A stretch of 64,000 nt of DNA from a virus. The stretch lies in the IMG/VR virus record IMGVR_UViG_3300032018_000001, positions 1 through 64,000 of that record. One strand, given 5' to 3'. This document shows positions 1 to 9,455 of this stretch, piece by piece. Each line of letters begins with the position of its first letter. Position 1 is the stretch's first letter. The notes under the pieces were generated by a model. The model was given only the letters and a program-made list of their open reading frames with translations, searched no databases and was not told the DNA's origin. A program made the position numbers and the translations under genes.

Positions 1-1
1 T

Positions 2-541
2 GTGGTCAACCTAATTTTCATTTTCTTGAACAGGTACTATGCGTTTTTTATCAAAGAAAATCCTCTTAACAAGATGACATACTACTGGGACGAATTTTTG
101 ATTGATATTAGGAACCATGAATATTTATACTTATTTAATTATGATGATAAAAGGAGAGAGCTTGTTTGCAGTGTTATACAAGAGTTTAAAGAGGCTAAGA
201 ATTCTGAAATTTTTAAAAAGTTTGTTACTGATTTTGTTGGAGGATTTAAGGTTTGTTTGCCACAACATGATAAGATAAGGTCTAAGATGTTTGAGTATTT
301 TTTAATTACGTTACAGCAATTAGAAGATAACAACTTGCAGTATTTTATTCACAATCATGCGGTGGAAATATTAAAGGCGCACGCTTGGGGATTAAGGAAG
401 TTCGGAGACCCGGTTCACATTCAATTAGGTCATCTTATTGGAGATAATGCTATGCACCGTCTTAGGAATTATTATGATTCGTTTGTTAAAGGTAAACAAG
501 GCAGGCCGGTTTTTGGCGGTTTACAAGGAGAAGAATTTTGA
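2..541 (+). CDS. Hypothetical protein, probably 5'-truncated by the window edge
   Basis: 179-codon ORF from the window start; stop overlaps the next gene's start; no recognisable motif. Confidence 0.6.
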   Translation: MVNLIFIFLNRYYAFFIKENPLNKMTYYWDEFLIDIRNHEYLYLFNYDDKRRELVCSVIQEFKEAKNSEIFKKFVTDFVGGFKVCLPQHDKIRSKMFEYFLITLQQLEDNNLQYFIHNHAVEILKAHAWGLRKFGDPVHIQLGHLIGDNAMHRLRNYYDSFVKGKQGRPVFGGLQGEEF

Positions 542-1257
542 TTTCAGTAAATAATCGTTTTTGGGATAAGGTCAATAAGAAAGGAATTCACGATTGCTGG
601 CCGTGGCTGGCTTTTAAAAACAGACTGGGTTTTGGTACTATCCGTGTTGGTGATAGGATGATTTTTGCTCATTATTTTTCTTATGAGCTACATTTTGGAA
701 AAATACCAGATGGCTGCTATGTAAGAAGTATTTGTCATAATAATAACTGTGTAAATCCAAAGCACTTAATTTTATCTAAAAAGAAAAGTAGAACACTTAT
801 ACCTCTTAAGGTTAGATTTTGGTCTAAGGTTGATAAAAAGGGTTTGGATGATTGCTGGCTTTGGTTGGCAAGCAAGGACGGCAGCGGTTACGGCAGTCTT
901 AGGAATGAAAAAGGAATTCAGATTAAGGCGAGCAGGATTTCTTGGGAGTTGCATAATGGTACTATTCCGGAAGGTTTGTTTGTTTGCCATAGTTGTGATA
1001 CCCCCGCATGTGTTAATCCTAATCATTTATTTTTAGGAACATCTGCTGATAATTCACACGATATGTGTTTGAAGGGAAGGCATCATGTCTGCACCGGGGA
1101 GAACAATAGTCACCGTAGATTAACAGAAAAAGCTGTGATGGAGATTAGGGATTTAAGAAATAAAAAAATAAAAGCAAAAATCATTGCAGACAAGTTTAAT
1201 ATAAGTACTGTGTATGTGTACGAGTTAGCTTACAGAAAATCGTGGAAGCATATTTAA
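538..1257 (+). CDS. HNH homing endonuclease (two His-Cys/HNH repeats plus C-terminal HTH)
   Basis: RFWDKV..CWPW and RFWSKV..CWLW repeats; CHSCDTPACVNPNHLFLGTSADN; ends WKHI. Confidence 0.9.
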   Translation: MISVNNRFWDKVNKKGIHDCWPWLAFKNRLGFGTIRVGDRMIFAHYFSYELHFGKIPDGCYVRSICHNNNCVNPKHLILSKKKSRTLIPLKVRFWSKVDKKGLDDCWLWLASKDGSGYGSLRNEKGIQIKASRISWELHNGTIPEGLFVCHSCDTPACVNPNHLFLGTSADNSHDMCLKGRHHVCTGENNSHRRLTEKAVMEIRDLRNKKIKAKIIADKFNISTVYVYELAYRKSWKHI

Positions 1258-1270
1258 TGAGGTCTAACTA

Positions 1271-1615
1271 ATGTACGTTTATTCTATAAGCACTGGAAAT
1301 CCTGAAGGTATTGATTGGGTGGCTGACTTTCAACACAACGAAAAGTTTACACAAGAAGAGTTTACTGAGCTGGTGGAGGCGGGTTTTGCTGCTTTCGGAA
1401 AACAGGAAGCTAACAATTATTCTGCTTCACACTTACGTTTTGTTTGCACAACTGACTCTACAGACTTCATGATTAAGTACATGAAAGAGCACGGGTTTAT
1501 TTTACAGGAGTATGCGGCAGCTTATCATCTGGAGCCGTACTGGGGTGAAAGGCATGTAAAGAATCCTGTTTTAAAAGCTATGTTTGATACGACTGAGGAA
1601 AACCAGCAACCGTGA
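1271..1615 (+). CDS. Hypothetical protein
   Basis: ORF with GAGG RBS; stop overlaps the next start. Confidence 0.7.
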   Translation: MYVYSISTGNPEGIDWVADFQHNEKFTQEEFTELVEAGFAAFGKQEANNYSASHLRFVCTTDSTDFMIKYMKEHGFILQEYAAAYHLEPYWGERHVKNPVLKAMFDTTEENQQP

Positions 1616-2166
1616 ACACCATAGAATTTTCAACTCCGGTTATTTACGGCGCGGATACCTCTGCTATTCCCTTGGAGTGGCTGGATGCCAGCTTTGAAAA
1701 TATTGACTTTACTGGAAAAGAAAATCTTAAGGATTTCCTGGTAGAGTACTTCAAGCATTTCAGCTACAGTAAGGATGGTAGCCGGTACGACAGCTTGGTG
1801 TTCACACCGAATGACTTTTCCTTTCAGCTGCTAGTAGCAACGTACAAGGAAATTGCTGGTAGGATTACCGTGGACAATTACCGATTTTTTGTTTGGCCGT
1901 CTTACTCAGCGATGCTGCGCGGCTCAGGCTTTAAGGCGGATAACATTCTGCAGGAAGACCTGTTCGGAATAAAATTCCTTTTCATTTTCGATTTGATTTT
2001 CTACCACAAAGATTCCATTGACTACTTTTGCAGCATCCTGGACTTCTGCTACTCCAATAGGGTAACGCTTTTTATTTCCATGCGGAATGCAGCGGCGATG
2101 GATAGTTTGCCTGCTGAGTATATTAATATGGTTAAGGATAAGCTTTATACAGTAAAGGTAAAATGA
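1612..2166 (+). CDS. DnaC/IstB-like helicase loader with degenerate Walker motifs
   Basis: SAIPLEWLDASFEN resembles the DnaC N-motif; FLFIFDL at Walker B position; ILDFCYSN..TLFIS resembles IIDxRYxN..TIIT; directly upstream of the helicase. Confidence 0.55.
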   Translation: MNTIEFSTPVIYGADTSAIPLEWLDASFENIDFTGKENLKDFLVEYFKHFSYSKDGSRYDSLVFTPNDFSFQLLVATYKEIAGRITVDNYRFFVWPSYSAMLRGSGFKADNILQEDLFGIKFLFIFDLIFYHKDSIDYFCSILDFCYSNRVTLFISMRNAAAMDSLPAEYINMVKDKLYTVKVK

Positions 2167-3581
2167 CAAGAGACCATAAGACGGAGCTCCTGCTTGCCGG
2201 GTTACTACACGATAAGATTTTGTTTATTGAGGTAGCAAGCAGGTTCAACGGTAAGGTATTTGAGCTGGAAGATTACAACCGGTTTTTTGAATACCTGAAA
2301 TTATTCTACAAACAATTCAAAAAGAATCCCACGCGGGCGGAATTTGAAATCTTCGTGGACAGGCGCGTGCTGGCTGATTTTGTTTTCCTTGATGACGTTT
2401 TTTATAATCCCGAAATCGCCTCTGATGTTCTCCGCAAAAAGCTGTATGACAGTTATCAGAAAATGCAGACGCTGGAATTCGTAGAGGAGCTGGAGCAGAA
2501 GATAGATACCGGAAAGATGGATATTCAGGAAACCTTTTCCGGTATGAAACAGGTTGTGCTTAATACATCGCAGCCTGATACCTCCTACGTTGAAATAGGC
2601 CCCGGTAACGCCGTGAAGCTTTACGAGAATGCCAGGGATTACCGTCTGGACAGCACCAGCCCTTTCATCTTTAAACAGATTTCCAAAATAGCTGCGGGCG
2701 GGATAGCAAACAGGGAGCTGGGCATATTCATAGCACCTCCTAACAGAGGCAAAACAAATTACCTGATAAACGAGTTATACAACGGCCTTGTGCTCCAAGA
2801 AAAAACGCTGATGCTTTCTATGGAGAATGAGCCCGACAGTATCAATTCCAGATTATCGAATAGGATACTACTCATGACGAAACATGAGCAGCGTATCAAT
2901 AAGGATTTCTGCAAGATGTGGATTGAGAAATTCTACCGCTGGGTTACGGTGCCTACCATTATGTATCGAGCGCCGAATACCTTTACCGTATCAGAATTTG
3001 ATTTGTGGCTGGAAGAATACGAGTTGAAGCATGGCGTCCGCTTTGACCGTATCATCGTTGACTACATGAATAAATTCAAGAAGGGCAAATCAGCCGAAAA
3101 GGTGAATGACTGGGATGCTGTCAGGTTTATGACGGATGAGCTTAGGGCCATAGCAATAGCAAGGAACACCAAAATCATCACGGCCGGTCAGACTAATCGC
3201 GGGGGCCTGTATGATAAGGAAGGCTCAGAGAACAGCGAAGTGAACGAGTCTCACATAGCAGGAGGATTCGGACAGTTTGAGACGGCTGATATTGTGCTGG
3301 CCTTCTCTGAGACGCAGAATGAGAAGCAGCGCGGTGTAGGCAGGGTTAGCATACTAAAGATGCGTGAGGCCGGGGGTCGCGGGCGCGGCTTTGTGGTCAA
3401 TGTGTGTCCCTGGATAGGACTCATTACGGATAGCCCGGATGACATTATTCCTTTGGATAAAAAGAAGATGCTGGAAAATCCTGATACCGCTTTTGGTGAA
3501 TTGAAGGGCCTGGAAACAAAACCTCCGGATGCTAATAGAAAGAAAGCTAAATCGATGTTTCCTCAAACAGGAGCGCAATAA
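2163..3581 (+). CDS. Replicative DnaB-like (SF4, T4 gp41-like) helicase
   Basis: Walker A APPNRGKT, LSMEN, IIVDY, TAGQTNR, ADIV, KMR. Confidence 0.9.
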   Translation: MTRDHKTELLLAGLLHDKILFIEVASRFNGKVFELEDYNRFFEYLKLFYKQFKKNPTRAEFEIFVDRRVLADFVFLDDVFYNPEIASDVLRKKLYDSYQKMQTLEFVEELEQKIDTGKMDIQETFSGMKQVVLNTSQPDTSYVEIGPGNAVKLYENARDYRLDSTSPFIFKQISKIAAGGIANRELGIFIAPPNRGKTNYLINELYNGLVLQEKTLMLSMENEPDSINSRLSNRILLMTKHEQRINKDFCKMWIEKFYRWVTVPTIMYRAPNTFTVSEFDLWLEEYELKHGVRFDRIIVDYMNKFKKGKSAEKVNDWDAVRFMTDELRAIAIARNTKIITAGQTNRGGLYDKEGSENSEVNESHIAGGFGQFETADIVLAFSETQNEKQRGVGRVSILKMREAGGRGRGFVVNVCPWIGLITDSPDDIIPLDKKKMLENPDTAFGELKGLETKPPDANRKKAKSMFPQTGAQ

Positions 3582-3826
3582 TGGCTATGGCTATGCGTGT
3601 CGATGACGATGATGACAAAAAAGCTACTCCAGAGAACAGACTGATAATGCCATTCGGGCAGCATAAAGGTCTTGACATAGAGGACGTGCCCGATGACTAT
3701 TTGTATTACATTTCATGCCAGGACTGGATTACCAAGTGGCCTGCGGTGCATGCTTACATTAAGAAAAATATAAACGGCATCAAGAAGAAAGTAGGAGTGG
3801 ACAACCTAAGAGAGGAGCTTGATTAA
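3581..3826 (+). CDS. Small MPFG(K/Q)HKG-motif protein (DUF3820-like)
   Basis: MPFGQHKGLDIEDVPDDYL. Confidence 0.7.
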   Translation: MAMAMRVDDDDDKKATPENRLIMPFGQHKGLDIEDVPDDYLYYISCQDWITKWPAVHAYIKKNINGIKKKVGVDNLREELD

Positions 3827-4323
3827 TGGCTAACTTAACCAAGAAAAACATGAGCGCTGCCAAGTTTATTCATGATGGCGTTAAGAAGGACTTGGACAGA
3901 CGGCACGGGTCTAAGTTTGGATTTCAGAATGTGTCCTACGACAACTGGGCCAAAATGTTTCCAGGGCCTGCTGAGGAAAAGCAGGACACCATTGACATCA
4001 TGAAAAAAGCTTACGGGCTTGTCCGCAGAGCTCTGGATTTCAGTTTCAAGACCAGACAGGACGGTGATAATCTTATTGTAGAGGAGGAGCTGAATACAAC
4101 GCAGCTGCATACGCTGCTGCGGGTGTGGTACAAGCAGAAGGAAGTAGGTGCTATTATGATGTCGCGCACACTGGGTATGGATAAATCTTTTGGTAGCACA
4201 GAAGCCGTAGACTTGTTGAATGAAATCATAGCGCTCAATGAAGCAGAGCGCAAGTTATTCAGTGAGGAGTATTTCAACTACCGAAAAGCGGCTCTTGAAA
4301 AGTGCAATAAGAGGCTATACTAA
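3826..4323 (+). CDS. Hypothetical protein
   Basis: TAATG-coupled ORF with GAGGAG RBS. Confidence 0.7.
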   Translation: MANLTKKNMSAAKFIHDGVKKDLDRRHGSKFGFQNVSYDNWAKMFPGPAEEKQDTIDIMKKAYGLVRRALDFSFKTRQDGDNLIVEEELNTTQLHTLLRVWYKQKEVGAIMMSRTLGMDKSFGSTEAVDLLNEIIALNEAERKLFSEEYFNYRKAALEKCNKRLY

Positions 4324-4538
4324 TGATGATGAAACAATTTTGCAGACAAAAAGGGCCCACAAAAAATATTAAGCATTACCGCTTTGTGTACATGCTTCCT
4401 TTGCACGCCGGGTGCAGACCAAAGCCCTCAGATATAAAATTGCACCGTACTATGATTCCTGCTAAAACAAAAACAGAAGCTAAGCGAATTTTTGAAGCTG
4501 CTTACCCTTCCGCCAAGATTGTGAGCATAGCATGCTAA
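4323..4538 (+). CDS. Small basic hypothetical protein
   Basis: Translationally coupled ORF. Confidence 0.55.
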   Translation: MMMKQFCRQKGPTKNIKHYRFVYMLPLHAGCRPKPSDIKLHRTMIPAKTKTEAKRIFEAAYPSAKIVSIAC

Positions 4539-5467
4539 TGCCTTCCTGGGCGCAAGACATAATGACGATGTATCGTAGCCGGGTCAAGGGTGACGAAATT
4601 ACCCTGAGGGATTGCCCGTACTGTCATAACTCGCGCTGGAATTTTCAGATTTCTGTGAATGGCTGCATGTTTCACTGCTGGGTTTGTGGCGCAGGCAAGG
4701 GTGAGACCGTGGCCAGCCTGCTACGGCAGGCCCAAATACCCTTTGACCCTGCTGACATTAAGATAAAGAGGCGGGCGGAAGAAGGCCCTGCTGGTAGCAT
4801 TGTGCTTCCTAATAACCGGAAGCTGCTATACAACGATACCCGGATTGCTATCATGGCCAGGAATTACATGCTCTCGCGGGACGTAGATGAGGCTTTGATG
4901 GAAGACTGGGATATGCGGATAGGCCTGGGAGAGGATAAAGAAAAGTGGGGCATGGATTATTTCGGCTGGACAGTAGTACCCTTCTACGGCCTGTACGGGC
5001 TGGAGTATTTCATGGCCGTGAACAGCGGGTTTACAAATAAGTACAGCTTTCCTGATAAGGATAAATTCCCTGAGCTGGGTAAGGACAAATTCATTCCTAA
5101 GCGCCGTGGAAGTGATAGCATTATCCTGGTGGAAGGTCTGTTTGATGCGACATCCGCGTGGAAGTACACAGACCTGGATGTGTTCCCGCTCTTTGGAAAA
5201 TTTATAGGCAGCAAGCAAAAGGAATTGTTGCTTAAAGTCAACTATGAAAAAATATATGTCTGCTTGGATGCGGATGCGATAAAAGAGGGTATGGATTTGG
5301 CGGAAACCCTGTACCGTGAGGGCGGAAACGCTTACATCGTTTGCCTGCCTGATGATTCTGACCCTAATGAGCTCGGTGAGCGTATTAATATCTATATAGA
5401 CAGCGCAATTAAGTTCGGCCTTACTACACGTTTGCGCTTAACGAGAATGAGGTTGCTATCAGTTTAA
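4532..5467 (+). CDS. DNA primase (Zn finger + TOPRIM)
   Basis: CPYC..FHCWVCG zinc finger; ILVEGLFDA; CLDADA; DPNE. Confidence 0.9.
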   Translation: MLMPSWAQDIMTMYRSRVKGDEITLRDCPYCHNSRWNFQISVNGCMFHCWVCGAGKGETVASLLRQAQIPFDPADIKIKRRAEEGPAGSIVLPNNRKLLYNDTRIAIMARNYMLSRDVDEALMEDWDMRIGLGEDKEKWGMDYFGWTVVPFYGLYGLEYFMAVNSGFTNKYSFPDKDKFPELGKDKFIPKRRGSDSIILVEGLFDATSAWKYTDLDVFPLFGKFIGSKQKELLLKVNYEKIYVCLDADAIKEGMDLAETLYREGGNAYIVCLPDDSDPNELGERINIYIDSAIKFGLTTRLRLTRMRLLSV

Positions 5468-5468
5468 T

Positions 5469-5636
5469 CTGGGCCGGGAACGAAGTAGGCGCGAGCGCAG
5501 GCAGGAGCGCCCGCGGTGGAAACAGCGCGGGGTAAATCCGACAGCGCGGCATACGCTGACTGCTACCAGCCTGTTGCGTGAGTCCAAAGAGCTGTAACAC
5601 GGCCAGCTACATGCAATGGATAAGTTCCCGGCTCAG
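5469..5636 (+). ncRNA. Putative structured non-coding RNA (168 nt), family unknown
   Basis: 13-bp closing helix CTGGGCCGGGAAC/GTTCCCGGCTCAG; several internal hairpins; GC-rich; followed by a T-tract. Confidence 0.65.
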
Positions 5637-5648
5637 CCTATTTTTATT

Positions 5649-5825
5649 ATGAATATATACTTTGACAAGATGAGAGTTGATTTTCCTAACCCGGTGCCCG
5701 TTGCTGTTGACTACGGAGACCGCGCTGATGGGATCTCTGACATTCGCGGCGGATTTATAGATTTTGAAAACTTTGTTACTATGCGGAAAAGAAAGCTTAC
5801 TAAGGAGCTGTCTGAATGTCAGTAG
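5649..5825 (+). CDS. Small hypothetical protein
   Basis: ORF downstream of the RNA element; start moved to the ATG outside the closing stem. Confidence 0.45.
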   Translation: MNIYFDKMRVDFPNPVPVAVDYGDRADGISDIRGGFIDFENFVTMRKRKLTKELSECQ

Positions 5826-6079
5826 GCGATGTTCAAATACAATACTTTTGCGCCACGGTATCTTTTCAAAAAGGTGCTGAGATACGGCGCATGTTTTTGC
5901 CTTGCATTTTATATTCGTCTGAAGTGAAACTTAAAAATTACCTGAACAAATGTGGCATTGTTTTAGAGCACTGTTCGCTGCTTACGGACGCCGATATGTT
6001 TCTTCAGCAGGCCGGTGATGCTATCCGCCGTAATATTGACCTGGAAGTTTTAAATGCAGGAGGTAAAAATGGTGCGTGA
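5816..6079 (+). CDS. Hypothetical protein
   Basis: AAGGAG RBS; overlapping ORF chain. Confidence 0.6.
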   Translation: MSVGDVQIQYFCATVSFQKGAEIRRMFLPCILYSSEVKLKNYLNKCGIVLEHCSLLTDADMFLQQAGDAIRRNIDLEVLNAGGKNGA

Positions 6080-6260
6080 CATACTTCTGGTTGATGATGA
6101 AGGAAGAAAGACGCTTAAGGTAAATTTACCGGCAATACCAGCAGACACTAAATTGGTAATATGTTTTCATGATGTGCTTCCGGGTAGTATTGTGGCTACT
6201 GGTATTTATCCGCCAACACGCAACAAGACTTGGAAGCTTAAGGTGCGCGAGTACAAATGA
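6069..6260 (+). CDS. Hypothetical protein
   Basis: AGGAGGT RBS before ATG 6069. Confidence 0.6.
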   Translation: MVRDILLVDDEGRKTLKVNLPAIPADTKLVICFHDVLPGSIVATGIYPPTRNKTWKLKVREYK

Positions 6261-7840
6261 TAGGCTGCACAATAAAAAGCGGCAGGGCTTACCTTAGCAA
6301 CCTGGGAAACAGGGAAGCTCAGACCATTAATGACCTTCTGACTTTTTCAGTTCCGGGTCATGAGCACATGCCGCTATTCCAGCAGGGAAAGTGGGACGGC
6401 AGGAAAAGCTTTTTTGATTGGCGCACAAAGTCAATAAAGAGAGGCCTGCTGGAATACCTTCGCAGAAAATCCGGTATCATCATTCAAGTGCTGGAGTCTG
6501 ACTGTACCTGCTATACCTTGCCATTTACGCCCGTTAAGATTTATAAAGACGGTAAGGTTTACGATATGCGTGACTTTCAAATCGAAGGCGTTAAGCTCAT
6601 GATTGATAATCTGGGCGGACTAGCTCAAATAGCAACCAATGGAGGAAAGACAGCCTGCATTAGCAGTCTATCAGCAGCAACCCGGCGCATGAGGCAGCAT
6701 GCTATCATCCTGGAAAACCGGGTAGACCTCCTGGAGCAGGTGCAGGCTGAGGTGGAGGCCAGCATTGAAGGCCGCATAGGCTCCTACACAGCCAAGGTTA
6801 AGGACATAAAGGACATCACTATCCTGATGGTGCCTACGGTGGCGCAGGCCATGAAGCGGGTCAGGGAAGGCACCGGCAGCTCCAGGGACGAAGACCTTGT
6901 GGAATACATCCGGGGTGTGGACATCGTACTGGTTGATGAGGTGCACCACGCCACGGCTCCTTCGTATCAGGACATCATGAATGTGAATCCCAAAGCTCAG
7001 CGCTTTGGCTTTTCGGGTACTATCCCAGAAGAGACCAAAGAAATAACCGTAATAAACAAAAAGAAGGTAGAGGAGAAAGTAACTGTAACGGATTTGGACA
7101 ACCTGGGGCTTGTGGAAATTTTTGGTGATGTGATGATTCGCGTTCCTAATAGCGAGCTGATTGCCAGGGGAATAAGTGCTAAGCCTACTATCAATCTTAT
7201 CGAATACGACATCTCCGGGCTGGAGGGCAAGGCCGAATTGTTTGCCGGTGAAATTCGTAACACCTGCTTCAAGAAAGCATTTGTGGGAACGGATAGCACC
7301 GGGGAGGCCATTGTTAAAAACATATTCAGCGTTCCCACGTACACGAGTAAGGTAAAAGAGTACGTGATGAATTACTCTGTCAAGCACTGTCAGGAATTCT
7401 GGGACATCCTTAAAAAGCTTACGATAAAACACGCTAATGTTCCCACAGTTATATTGGCGGACTGGGTAGATTTTTCAGAGAAGCTTGCTGTGTGGCTGGA
7501 TGCTACGGTCATGCACGGCAAGACCAAAGACCGGAAGCAAATCATTACCGATTTCAAGACCGGAAAAATAAATCGAATAGTAGCAACCTCTGTTTTGGAT
7601 GAGGGCCTTTCCATTGACCAGATACGTGTAGTCATTCTGGCCACGGTAGGAAAGTCAGAGCGCCAGTTTCTTCAGAGGATAGGCCGCGGGCTCCGAAAGA
7701 AGGATGAGGACAACACGCTGAAGGTTTATGATTTTGTACGTCACGGCCATAAGTATCTCCTGGGGCCCTCTAAGGAACGCATTCAAATGTGGAAGGAAGA
7801 AGGATTCGATGTGCAATTTTTAGACGTGGAGGATATATGA
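6257..7840 (+). CDS. Superfamily 2 DEXH helicase (UvsW-like)
   Basis: RDFQ Q-motif, ATNGGKT, VDEVHH, GFSGT, DEGLSI, QRIGRGLR. Confidence 0.9.
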   Translation: MIGCTIKSGRAYLSNLGNREAQTINDLLTFSVPGHEHMPLFQQGKWDGRKSFFDWRTKSIKRGLLEYLRRKSGIIIQVLESDCTCYTLPFTPVKIYKDGKVYDMRDFQIEGVKLMIDNLGGLAQIATNGGKTACISSLSAATRRMRQHAIILENRVDLLEQVQAEVEASIEGRIGSYTAKVKDIKDITILMVPTVAQAMKRVREGTGSSRDEDLVEYIRGVDIVLVDEVHHATAPSYQDIMNVNPKAQRFGFSGTIPEETKEITVINKKKVEEKVTVTDLDNLGLVEIFGDVMIRVPNSELIARGISAKPTINLIEYDISGLEGKAELFAGEIRNTCFKKAFVGTDSTGEAIVKNIFSVPTYTSKVKEYVMNYSVKHCQEFWDILKKLTIKHANVPTVILADWVDFSEKLAVWLDATVMHGKTKDRKQIITDFKTGKINRIVATSVLDEGLSIDQIRVVILATVGKSERQFLQRIGRGLRKKDEDNTLKVYDFVRHGHKYLLGPSKERIQMWKEEGFDVQFLDVEDI

Positions 7841-8073
7841 GATTTACGGGTAAGAATTCTGTCTTCACAAAAGACCTATCTATGGATGTGTCAATAGGAG
7901 GCACTGCTAAGCCAGAGCTTTTTGATTTGGTCACGCTGGCCATGCTTAAGAGTGTAGGTACACGCATTGTTATAGGAGAAGAGGCCCTTGCAGCTGTGAG
8001 CAACGGTAAGGGTATCAAGATTGTGACGCAGGAAGGTGTTGACCAGAATTACCTTATTGTCACACTGGTATAA
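7837..8073 (+). CDS. Hypothetical protein
   Basis: GGAGG RBS; ATGA overlap. Confidence 0.6.
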   Translation: MRFTGKNSVFTKDLSMDVSIGGTAKPELFDLVTLAMLKSVGTRIVIGEEALAAVSNGKGIKIVTQEGVDQNYLIVTLV

Positions 8074-8075
8074 AA

Positions 8076-8300
8076 ATGAATGAAGCTTATGCTTTGTTAA
8101 AACAAATGGTTGATAAAGTAGCTAGTACTGGCGTAGTACCCACGCACCTATTTGTTGGTGAAGCAGATTTTGATTATTTCAAAGAAGCAGTGAAGGAGCT
8201 TAATTTAATTGCTGAGATAGACAACAGAATAGCATCCGGTATCTGTTATGTCGGCCCGAAAGTTTCAATAAATGAGGCTATTAAACATGAAGCAGTATAA
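8076..8300 (+). CDS. Hypothetical protein
   Basis: ORF in the operon. Confidence 0.6.
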   Translation: MNEAYALLKQMVDKVASTGVVPTHLFVGEADFDYFKEAVKELNLIAEIDNRIASGICYVGPKVSINEAIKHEAV

Positions 8301-8448
8301 AAAATGCTGGGAAGTCTTTGAGCAAAAGCGCAAGGTTGCTATAGAGAACTTTGATTATATGCAGCCGATGAAAGAGCTCAAGGAAGAAGAAATTTTTGTT
8401 GAAGCGCTCACTGAGGTTTTAGGTCAACCAAAGAAGGACAAACATTGA
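8287..8448 (+). CDS. Small hypothetical protein (53 aa; not in the ORF track)
   Basis: MKQYKKCWEVFEQKRK...; GAGG RBS; fills the gap between neighbours. Confidence 0.5.
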   Translation: MKQYKKCWEVFEQKRKVAIENFDYMQPMKELKEEEIFVEALTEVLGQPKKDKH

Positions 8449-8888
8449 TGACACTTTTTGGTAGCAACCTGCTGATTATCGCTAAGGAGCTGGATATTCC
8501 TATTGATAATCTTGCAACGTACCGTTTCAATGATTCCATGAGCGTGACGCTTTACAATACGGAGCATGTGGGAGTGTTTTTGAATCTCCCGCCAAACGTG
8601 TACAGTAATTACAATGCTTGGTTTCAGCTTCCTGGAGAATGGAGTAGGCACTACAGCGAGACGCGAGAATTCACTATTAAGGGTCAGGCGTTTCAGCTCC
8701 CGCTGGGGCCTTTCAACATGAATGTTAAAACTGTATGGCCTGACATCTTTACTTACCTGAACAAGATTTACGCAAGGAATATAATAGAGGCCTTGTCCGT
8801 TCGCGTCTTTGACTTGCTATACACCGGAGCGAGAATTAACGAGAGGACTCTGCTGGATTTCCTTAATGAAACAGCGGTGTTGTGGTAG
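8445..8888 (+). CDS. Hypothetical protein
   Basis: ORF in the operon. Confidence 0.65.
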   Translation: MMTLFGSNLLIIAKELDIPIDNLATYRFNDSMSVTLYNTEHVGVFLNLPPNVYSNYNAWFQLPGEWSRHYSETREFTIKGQAFQLPLGPFNMNVKTVWPDIFTYLNKIYARNIIEALSVRVFDLLYTGARINERTLLDFLNETAVLW

Positions 8889-8889
8889 T

Positions 8890-9249
8890 ATGGGACGCTT
8901 TCATTTTCACGGCCTTGGTAACAAGATGCCAAGACAGAGGTGTACCGCTATCCAGCTGCAGCGGCTCTTTAAAAATATTGTGCAGGAAGGGAAGCACTGG
9001 ATTTGGACGGGAAAGCACCTGGATGATGGCTACCCGCGGATACGCTGGGGCAAGCGGTCAGAGGGCAAGCCTGCTAATGTTTACGTTCACCGGCTCATGT
9101 TTGCTATTTTCAGAGGTGCTATAAAAGCAGAGGTGGATGTGCATCATAAATGCAGAATACGAAAGTGTGTCAATCCGTGGCACGTTCAGGCTATTCAGCA
9201 CGTAGAGCACGGAACATCTCACGGCCCAGAGTCGCATATTCCATTTTAA
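8890..9249 (+). CDS. HNH endonuclease
   Basis: HWIWTG..DGYP..YVHRL..VHHKCRIRKCVNPWHV. Confidence 0.85.
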   Translation: MGRFHFHGLGNKMPRQRCTAIQLQRLFKNIVQEGKHWIWTGKHLDDGYPRIRWGKRSEGKPANVYVHRLMFAIFRGAIKAEVDVHHKCRIRKCVNPWHVQAIQHVEHGTSHGPESHIPF

Positions 9250-9251
9250 AA

Positions 9252-9260
9252 CGTATTAAT
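9252..9260 (+). promoter_or_regulatory. CGTATTAAT phage promoter motif, first intergenic copy; others at 17544, 18467 (TGTATTAAT), 23817, 28346, 35661, 37462, 41800, 50903 and 51382
   Basis: Same 9-mer recurs on the + strand in short intergenic gaps directly upstream of genes. Confidence 0.75.
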
Positions 9261-9273
9261 GTAATAGGAGCTA

Positions 9274-9453
9274 ATGAAACCTGCTACTGTATCTTTGCGG
9301 GATTATTTTGCAGCAAAAGCAATGCAGGCGCTCATACAAATAAATCCTCAGGGCGGGTTAGGCAGAATGAGTCAGAGGGATATATGCATTACTGCTTACG
9401 GCTACGCTGCTGCAATGCTGGAAAATAAGGAAGAGGTTGAAGCTAAGGAATAA
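9274..9453 (+). CDS. Small conserved phage protein (LRDYFAAKAMQ family)
   Basis: SLRDYFAAKAMQAL...AYGYAAAML; AGGAG RBS. Confidence 0.8.
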   Translation: MKPATVSLRDYFAAKAMQALIQINPQGGLGRMSQRDICITAYGYAAAMLENKEEVEAKE

Positions 9454-9455
9454 TA

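Noticed and set aside
5469-5636. Assignment of the structured RNA to RNase P, 6S, SRP or tmRNA
   Set aside because: Lacks the GAGGAAAGUCC/P4 signature, the single-rod 6S shape, the SRP GGAA loop motif and tRNA-like ends; left unassigned
6671-7432. 253-aa minus-strand ORF opposite the SF2 helicase (likewise 41009..41764)
   Set aside because: Antisense shadow explained by codon bias; no recognisable domain
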